This document shows, piece after piece, positions 32,330 to 40,499 of a DNA stretch of 40,499 bases. The position numbers were made by a program, and so were the translations under genes. Positions within the stretch are counted from its first letter, which is position 1, and each line of letters starts with the position of its first letter. This DNA is from Dimorphilus gyrociliatus (taxonomy: Eukaryota > Animalia > Annelida), in NCBI GenBank assembly GCA_904063045.1, contig CAJFCJ010000045.1:99961-140459 (forward strand), written 5' to 3'. The notes below the pieces were generated by a model. The model did no database searches, was not told the DNA's origin, and saw only the letters and a list, made by a program, of their open reading frames with translations.

Positions 32330-33647
32330 TTCACAAAGAAAGAAACTAAAACTTTGTGCAAAATTATAAAGTAACAATATTGAAAAATAGCTTTTTTACT
32401 GTATCTGAAGATTTTTCAAGTCTTTTACAAATACAAAGTATCAAATTACATGGAGGAAATTCATATAATTACAATAAAGCAAACTTCATCAAATGTGAAG
32501 AATAGACAAACTAAAACTTTGAGAAATTTAAAAAGAAAGCTCTTTCAAATTCAAAAATTTATAACAAGATACTTAATTTTCTTTATTTAATCTTCATTCA
32601 AATTACAAAAACAGATTGCTTATTGTATTTGAAGCTTTTTGAAATTCTTAAATATTTTCATTTTGTTCAGATGTTTCTATTTAAAAACAATTTTTTAAAG
32701 AAATTTTCAAGGTTTTTGGTTTGTTCAGCATTCAAATTACATGAACTTAAGTCAAGTAGTTGTATTGTATTTGATAAGTTTCGAAAAGCTTCACAAATAT
32801 TAAAATTTCCATCACCAATTCCAATATTATATGACAGTAACCAAGGTTTTTATTTCAAAACAGTTCTTTAAGAAATTTTCTAGATTTTTGCTTTGTTTTT
32901 TATTCAAATTACAGTTATGTAGGTAGAGATTTTTCAATGTATTGCAAGATTTTTGAAAGGCTTCACAAGTATTAAAGTTTTCATCACCAATTCCAAAATT
33001 TTCACTTAGTCCTAAGGTTTGTATTTTAGAACAATTCTTTAATAAAAATTCTATATTTCTGCTTTGTTTTTCATTCAAAATACAGCCTTGTAAGTAGAGA
33101 CTTTTCAATGTATTGCAAGAATTTGGAAGTTCTTCAAAGATATAAATAATCTCATTTCCAATGTCTTTATTTTGTTCTAGATTCAAAGTTGTAATCATTG
33201 AAAAATTCTTGGTGAGATATCCAATTTTCCAACAATTTTTTTCATTTAAATTAGATTGAGGAAAGATTACAGATGTTACTTGTTGTCCTAATTCAGTTTA
33301 GAAATGTTATCAATTGTATTTTCCAAATACTGTTTTATCTTTGAACACTTTTTCTTTTGAGATTCATCAAAATTATTTATATAATTATCTTCTATTTTGT
33401 TCAAATTGTGATGAATTATATTAAGTTGATTTTTTGGTAGTTGATCAATCTGGGCAAAGGGTATTTTAAACCTTTTTCTGCAACCAGGACAGGTTATTTG
33501 ATTATTATCAACTGGTAATTTTTGTACACATTTGAAACAAAAGGTATGTTGACAAGGAAATATTCTAGGATCATTTCCTATCCAAGAATCTAAACAAATG
33601 TCACATTCAAACTCTTCTTGATTTTTACAATAGCATGTGGAAGCCAT
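32330..33647 (-). pseudogene. Second RING-LRR paralogue: B-box and coiled coil deleted, a few diverged LRR pairs, frameshifted
   Basis: ORF 33288-33647 has a RING nearly identical to the giant gene, then jumps DQLPKN|QLNIIHHNLNK. Frameshift near 33300 into 32827-33198; another near 32830; the LRRs decay to ~32330. Upstream 33650-33900 is homologous to 23260-23515. Confidence 0.85.
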
Positions 33648-33899
33648 CTTTACACTATGTATGGGTTTTGGTATTTTTACTTTCAGTTTTAAATTTTCAA
33701 AGGTAGCTATTTTTGTTTTTTAAAAAATGCGATATTTTATGGAAAATAGAAATTTTTAAATATTTTTAAAATACATGAGATGTGAAACTGTCTAAAAGTC
33801 AAAATATATTAAATGGTTATTGCTAAAACCTGGTTGCGAAGTAGTATTTAAATATAATATTGAAATTATTATGGTCACATTTTACAGAATATATTCAGC

Positions 33900-34715
33900 T
33901 AAATAAATTGAAAACGAGTTGGTGATGTAACATTAAATTTAGGCAAAGTTAATTTGCTGGGTTCTTTAATTAAAGTCAATAAGTTTTTCACATGGAGAGA
34001 AGTGTAGTAAATCTCATTCCTAAATTCTTTTCTTAAGATAAAATATCCATAGCTATTGTTGAAATCTTGCATTTTCTCTCTGAGCAGTTGGATGTCTTTG
34101 AGCAAAATTTTATAGTGATGTTGATATGCTGATGCATTGGAGTATATTTTGAATATTAAGCGACTCTTTCCAGGATAGACTGGTACTGTTATTCTATTCC
34201 ATTCTCTTTCTCGTAAAAATTTCAACAAGTAGCTATAAGATTTTCCACTGGAAACAATCCCTTCAACAATCACTTGAAAGATTCCAGGTTCAATTGTTAC
34301 TATGGCCCTACTCCAATCATGCGAAATTGATGGAGTTGCTCTACTCCAAATAGTCTTTTCCATGTTCCTTGTATTGCGTTGTTTAATATTTAAAATACCG
34401 GGTTGAGTACTATACATACTAAACAAAAAACAGTGTAATTTAAATGCTTAATATGGACAATAATTCAAAAGTGAATTTGGAAAGTGTCCAACCCAATTTT
34501 AAAAGACGAATATTAATGACTCACTTGTAATAAAATTTCATAGTAAGTTTACTCTTTGATTGTAAAAAAGGTGATATTAATTTCGCTACAGACCCTTGTT
34601 GCCTGTTTGTAGCTTCAACATAGATGTAATAGCCTCTACCCATTGTATGATCTTCAATTGGACCTGTGTCAAATGTTGAAATCTTTTCCTTACTTTCTAA
34701 AGAAATTATTTCCAC
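33900..34715 (-). pseudogene. MAM-domain gene fragment
   Basis: TGPIEDHTMGRGYYIYVEATN..AKLISP..MKFYY / intron 34524-34419 / NMYSTQPGILNI..W..DWSRAIVTIEPGIFQVIVEG matches the MAM consensus. Its N-terminal part appears frameshifted. Confidence 0.7.
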
Positions 34716-34959
34716 CTGTAATATATTTTACACCATGAAATGCAGTGTCCTGCGTAAAATTGATAGTTTTCTGCAAAGTCGATTTTTCTGTTTTTCAAGG
34801 CAATTAATCAAAGTTCAAAAAAAAAAAAGAGAAATGTTGAAAAGGGAAGAAATAACAAACTTTGATGCAGATTCCTTTTTTATTATATAATTGGCAACTT
34901 GCCAGAATACACTAAGAATTGTAAAAATTGAAGCTGAGAGAGTGATGTCACCACCTGTA

Positions 34960-35390
34960 AATGAGTAAAATAACAATTGAATAATTTGAATACTTTTTAA
35001 AAATAGTTTACAATTAGCTAATGCTCTGTTATTGCTTCCTTTGTACTGAGCACATTTGATGGCAGTATGCTGACAATTTCGAGCGCAAGGGGTAACCAAC
35101 TGAGTAGATAAATCGTTGTAACGCCAAATAGCATAGTCATTGTCTTAACATTCTTATTGATAAGTTTAAGATCCATTGAAATATTACCAGTTTCACTGAC
35201 CTTATTTCTTCTTAGTCTTAAACTTCTAAGATAGATAATTCTATAGATTAGCACATAAATTGAGTACAAGATGACAACTGCTCCTACGTAACAAATTTCT
35301 AGAATAATAGCATAAGGACAGCAAATTCCACAAATTACAATATCAACAATAGCCATACTTTTTATAATTTTCAAATTAATGATTATCCAT
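34960..35390 (-). pseudogene. Class A GPCR relic with an internal deletion
   Basis: SMAIVDIVICGICCPY (TM2-like) is fused to LYSIYVLIYRII..KNVKTMTMLFGVTTIYLLSWLP (TM5-TM6-like). The 5' part of ORF 35018-35539 is LTR-derived. Confidence 0.55.
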
Positions 35391-35535
35391 AGATATACTT
35401 CTATTTTGTAGGAATTATAATGGTGGAACTTTAGAAAGAACTCTATTTCATAGGAAATACCCTCTTTGAATGTAACGAATGGCGCTACTTGGGAATTAAC
35501 AAAGGAACAAAGAACATGGAAAAGATGCAATGTCA
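35390..35535 (+). mobile_element. LTR-family fragment, inverted relative to the solo LTRs
   Basis: Reverse complement of the solo-LTR segment ~5340-5560 (CTTGGGAATTAACAAAGGAACAAAGAACATGGAAAAGATGCA). Confidence 0.75.
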
Positions 35536-36023
35536 TCATAAATAACAGTCTAAACTATCCTTTATGAGCTCTTTTATAAATAATACAATTTATGGTTCAA
35601 TAAGGCTTATTGGACTTATTTAAAACTCAGTATGGTAAATTACACCATGAAAATAACCAAGATTTAAATATCCACCCTTATTAATCCAAGTATAAGTGGT
35701 AAGATCACTGAACTTTGTGGTAATGTGCTTGCAGAAATCATTTGGTTAATAATGTGTAACAGTTTCTGTAACATTGATTTCAAATATTGCATGGCAGAAA
35801 TTGAAATTGGTCTAAAGCAATCATGTTGATAAATCAGATTCCAGACTTAACAAAAACATTAAAAAGAGTAGAAGAATTAGTTGAGTTCTCTAAAAAGTTA
35901 TTGTTTAAAAGGGGATTTTTACAATTTTAAATATCGCAATTGTGAAGTAATAATTTCATTTGTAAGTTTAAAGTATTTCTTTTTATTTCCAGATCAATTT
36001 TTTATTTGTTTCTGTATGTTTAG

Positions 36024-36310
36024 CTTGTCCTGATAATTGCATAAAATGCTACGAAAAAGTAAATGATAATGAAGGAAGATGCAGTGAATGCATGATTGGT
36101 TATAGTGCAGATTTAAATTATGGAAGATGCACTGGTGAAATTCTTTTTTATTTCCTGATTTTTATTCTTTATATGTTCATTTTAAAACCTATACAGCTTG
36201 TTCTAATGACAATTCATGCAAATGTTGTAAAATTATAAATGATCAACCAGTCTGCTCTAAATGCTTTAGTCGTCATGCAGATTTGACAACTGATAAGAAA
36301 TGCATAAAGT
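36024..36310 (+). CDS. Two exons encoding CxxC (furin-like) cysteine-rich repeats; rest of the gene unresolved
   Basis: ag|ACPDNCIKCYEKVNDNEGRCSECMIGYSADLNYGRCT, intron 36135-36196, then ACSNDNSCKCCKIINDQPVCSKCFSRHADLTTDKKCI. Confidence 0.55.
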
Positions 36311-36639
36311 ATAAAGTAAATGACAGGAATATTGGAACAACTCAAATTTTTTTAGGTCAAATATTAAAAATCTTTTTCATGATGAAAAAAGATAATTTGT
36401 TTTATTTTTTCAGTATTTAATAATAGGTTCAACTTGCAATTTTATATAAATTTCTTTAAAATAGCAGTTAGGTAAGTTTTTACATATTTTCTTTTTAATA
36501 GAAATTACCATAGTTTTGTGATTTTTTTCTTTTTAGGCCTCGCAACATGTTTATTGGAACAATGTTAAATTTTTGAATTGTTTTACTATTTCTGTATGTG
36601 CCCACCCTCTCTTTCTATGCATTTGCTTATTCCCTCATA

Positions 36640-37012
36640 TTAACTTGGCAACAACAGTGGATTTCTGTTGATAACCTTATAGCAGCATTTCTTAATCTTT
36701 TCCCACAGTTCATCCTCTGACTCAAACTGTGGGCCATCATAGACCATTGTCTTGGTCAGTTGCCACATGTTTTCTTTTAGGCTGAGATCAGGGCTCCTTG
36801 CTGGCCAATCTATGGGTTTGATGTTATTGTTTTTAAAAACACTTTTTGTTTTCCTTGTTGTATGACAGGCCAACATTGTCTTTCTGGAAGATGTACTCCT
36901 GCCAATTTTTACCTCAATTTCTTCTATGACAGGCAGAACATCTTCCACAATGAAGGAGCTATAGTTTTCAGCATTCAGCTTTCTCCTTATCCTCCAGACT
37001 TCAAATATGCCA
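36640..37012 (-). mobile_element. Tc1/mariner transposase remnant
   Basis: HTTRKTKSVF..IDWPARSPDLSLKENMW matches the Tc1 WPxxSPDLNPIENxW motif; the second catalytic Asp region is deleted. Confidence 0.8.
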
Positions 37013-37109
37013 TCAGAGAAAAAAAACCATAAGTTTTAATATAAGCTTAATTAATTAGTTTGACATAGCTTTTTTTGCTAAATTTCTATTTTTTGTCAAG
37101 GTATTAAAG

Positions 37110-37770
37110 TTATTTTTCTATCCTGTCACCTTTGTTGGCAACAACTTGCCAAACTCTTTCTCCCATTCTTTCATATAAATGTTTGACATATTGCCTATTA
37201 TCTTTGTTTATTTTTTCAACCTCTGATTGAATTTTGTCCCACAACTGATTAAGTGATTGGCATCTGACAATTTCATATACATTTTGCTTTAAATAGCCCC
37301 ATAAATTTTCAACTGGGTTTAGATCTCGTGAATATGGAGGCGAAGGAAGGACTTGTATTCTGTTTTCCTCCAGTGTATCTCTTGTTAAACTGGCAATGTG
37401 TGGGGGTGCATTGTCCTGCTGCCAGATGAAGTCTTCACCAAATTTTTCCCTTAACATTGGAAAAACTGTCCCCTGAATAAATTCCGAGTAAATTTCTCCA
37501 TTGATGTTAGAGGGAAGTCTTTGGATGAAGACTTCACCATCTGAAGATATACACCCCCACACCATCACTCCTCCTCCGCCAACAGGGAGTTTATCCCCAA
37601 ACAGTCTTGGATGATCATCCAATTGCCAAGTTAGCAGATGGTCTGGGCCCTCCAGAGAAAATCTGGACTCATCAGTAAAGATAACTTTACTAAAATTGAC
37701 TTGTTGTTGAACCCATCCACCAACTACTTCAAACCTAGTTCTTTTTGCCCTTGCTGTTAAAGGGCAAATT
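37110..37770 (-). mobile_element. Tc1 (DD34E) transposase catalytic domain; N-terminus missing
   Basis: In frame: VIFTDESRFSL..GGGGVMVWGCIS..WQQDNAPPH..SPPYSRDLNPVENLW. There are 34 residues between D(NAP) and E(NLW). Confidence 0.92.
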
Positions 37771-38479
37771 TTGGGGAGAAAATAATTCTATTCCTCCAAA
37801 TTACAGAAAAAAATTTTTTTTTTCTAACTGAAAAAAAAATTATGTAGCTGTGGGCTGGAGGGGGCAGCACTACCCATCCAGTTGTTTCAAGATATTGGCT
37901 AGTTTATAGGGTGGTACCATCATCCATACTGTGCCACAACAAAAGTCGCAATACCTTTTGAACCAGGGCTTGTAAGTTGAGAAATTTTTTAGTGACAGTA
38001 CATGAATCAATTCACTTTCTATTAATGATAAAAAAAATGCGTACAGTGTACTGTTTTAAAAATACAGCAATGCTGCAAGAATTTTTGGGTGACCCTAAGA
38101 TAATGAATAACTTGTTGAAGTATATTGTTAGAGTATTTTGCCAATATCATCTATTGAGGTGAACAGAAAACATCTATCATCGAAAAGCATTTAAATGATT
38201 TAAATGTAAAGAATTTTTTTAATAAAGTAAAATTTAAAATTTCCACAGCCACTGATATTATTCAATAGCTACTACCATGCAGAAAAAAAATGTTCACTAG
38301 CTTTCCCACCACCTCTTTTTAAAATTTTTTTTTTCTTTGTGAAATGTTAAAGAAATTGTTTAGATGAAAATTCACATTATACTGAAATAAAAGAAAGCAC
38401 CTTTTATTTTCTAGAGGTATTCTTCTTTTCTCTCTTCTGGTGGAGTTCTGGCTTGGCTGATAGAATTTTTATTGAATGT

Positions 38480-39480
38480 CACTATTGCTTACAGAATAGT
38501 CAATAAACAAAACTGGTATACAATTTTTACAAATTGAATATTTGAAAAGGAAATATTCAAGAAGATTTGTTGTTATTGAAAATTTTTATAAAAATTTTTT
38601 TCTATTGCCCATAAATATTGAATTTGTTTGAATAAGAATGTTTTCCCAATACCAATTTCTCCTTGAATTAAAATAATTAAATGTTTCCCTTGAAAAGAAC
38701 AAAAACAAAATAATTTCCTGAAAAGAACAAATTGTATAAATATAAATTTTTCTTCTTGTTGATTTGCTCTATTAATTTGTATATAATTAATTTTGGTAAG
38801 GTGGCACCAATTTCTCAGTGTCAACAACTTTTCATTTATTTCTTTCAATTCTATATAGACTTTACTATTTGTATCAATAGTTTGAATGCTTTCCACTGCT
38901 TCAGGTTCATCATTATTATCATTTGTTTGAACTTCCATTTGCTCTTCTAAATAATAAAATTCTTCATCTTCCTCATCATCTTGCCCATCATCATGTTGTT
39001 CTTCTACTACACTCTCTACAAGGTCTTGTTGTTATACATGATCCTGGTGTATTGGTGTGTCATGATCTTCTGATTCTTGTTCTTTTTCCTCATGTGTTTC
39101 AGAATCATAAAAAAGATTTTTAATGTTTGCACATAAATTGTCAATTAATTCTGAAGATGGTTCTTTATCAAACATTTTTCTTTTAAAAAAGTTAAGCAAT
39201 TCTTCAATTTCATCCCAACTTTGTGTTGCTTTCAATAGAGGTTTTAAATAAAAATAATTGTCAAGGTCCAATCAGTGTTAGAAAACGTTTCTTGAAATTC
39301 TTATAGGCTTGAAAAATGTATCTTAATTGTAGCATTAAGTTTGGTCTATTTAACTGGATAAAAGTTGGCTTTAGGTAATTTTCCAAAGGAAAATTGTACC
39401 AATCATAGAGATCTGGGAAAAAAGGAACAAATTTTTTAAAATGAATTTTAAAATATTATTTGAAATGAACCAACCATTGT
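38480..39480 (-). pseudogene. NACHT/STAND-type NTPase relic (NLR-like)
   Basis: LIILIQGEIGIGKTFLFKQIQYLWA..F (hydrophobic strand, Walker A, then a W-A motif typical of NACHT) followed by a stop. Upstream broken ORF 39032-39271. No Walker B or LRR was seen. Confidence 0.55.
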
Positions 39481-39633
39481 CCACAGAATAATTCATTTTT
39501 TAAAACTGTTCAAGTGAAATATATCAATTTAATAAGTTAAAAAAAAAACAAATAATAGCCAAAAAAAAAGGAAAAAACACAAAACAATATTTATATAAGT
39601 TTAATTTTTAAAGTTGAAAAAGGAAACCTACTA

Positions 39634-40499
39634 ATGTACAATGAAAACAAAGGATCAAACTACAAATGGCCAAGAACAACAGTGGTTGAAGAATTTACAA
39701 CAATTCTCCAAATTGGCAAAGCTTATTGGCACCCAAGTCAGGATAAGATAACAACCAACTTGGAATATTTAGAGGACTGTTCTATCAAACATAAATTTTG
39801 TAGAACTCTGGATTCCATTATTATTTTCAATCCTCAGAAAGGACAAAATCTCCTTGGTCATGAATCCCCATGGAAAGCAGTATCCTACAATGTAGAGTGC
39901 ATTAAGCTTGGAGGATATTTTTCATGTCCCAACTATGCAATAATGGATTTACCTTATCAAGATAGATATATCAAAGGATATGGTGGTCCTGGAACAAGAA
40001 TTTTAGTACCCCAGAAGGAATACAACTTATTAAGAACTGATCTTACAAATTCAAATTATGCTGATAACCGCATGATGGCAGATATCAAATATAAAATCAT
40101 TTCAAACAAAGAAGTTGCAAGATTGCAGAATTATGATGGAAAGAAATCAACTTTGAGAAAAGCAAATAATACAGAAATACAAAATATACTAACCTATAAT
40201 GATTGGTATAGAGATGGTGACAAGACTTATCCTATGCTGATCAAAAATCATGTAACACCACTGGTTAGGACCTGGATGGTCAGAGAAATAATCTCACCTG
40301 ATATATGGGATATTAACAACAAATACATACTCAAAATGTTGAAAACAACCAAAATGGAACCTGCTAGAATGGCAAAAGCAGAAGATTTTGAACTCAACAA
40401 GAAGAAAATTAGTTTCAATCCCTTACCAAGACTGGACACTTGGTACCAAAATGCAAAAGATAAACAATTTCAAACACATCAAGCAAATGGAAAATTTAC
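39634..40499 (+). CDS. Open reading frame of at least 288 codons running off the window; possibly viral or retroelement glycoprotein-like
   Basis: No stop from ATG 39634 to the window end (MYNENKGSNYKWPRTTVVEEFTTILQIGKAYWHPSQDKITTNLEYLEDCSIKHKFCRTLDSIIIFN...). Intronless. The functional call rests only on a remembered Cys pattern. Confidence 0.45.
   Translation, partial: MYNENKGSNYKWPRTTVVEEFTTILQIGKAYWHPSQDKITTNLEYLEDCSIKHKFCRTLDSIIIFNPQKGQNLLGHESPWKAVSYNVECIKLGGYFSCPNYAIMDLPYQDRYIKGYGGPGTRILVPQKEYNLLRTDLTNSNYADNRMMADIKYKIISNKEVARLQNYDGKKSTLRKANNTEIQNILTYNDWYRDGDKTYPMLIKNHVTPLVRTWMVREIISPDIWDINNKYILKMLKTTKMEPARMAKAEDFELNKKKISFNPLPRLDTWYQNAKDKQFQTHQANGKF

Overview
AT-rich eukaryotic (invertebrate-like) DNA with short GT-AG introns of about 55-105 bp. 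It is not prokaryotic: I found no rRNA, tRNA or CRISPR array. The window is a transposon-rich cluster of innate-immune-type genes. The centrepiece is an intronless minus-strand gene (23258->14624) encoding RING + B-box2 + coiled coil (a TRIM/RBCC module). This is fused to about 44-45 tandem, almost identical 171-bp units, each a 57-aa ribonuclease-inhibitor-type LRR pair. It would be about 2,880 aa if 8 small indels are repaired. Around it lie a second RING-LRR paralogue (pseudogene), two LRR relics, an intact 600-aa LRR-only ORF built from the same 57-aa module, and a NACHT-like relic. Other genes or fragments encode FTP/F5-8C lectin-like, MAM, CxxC-repeat and GPCR domains. Mobile elements include at least six intron-containing FLYWCH/MULE (Phantom-like) transposase copies, two TSD-flanked solo LTRs each sitting in a MULE transposase 3' end, a decayed gypsy-like gag-protease and Tc1 remnants. 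A 288-codon ORF missing from the supplied track runs off the right edge. All domain calls come from reading motifs by eye; no database searches were run.
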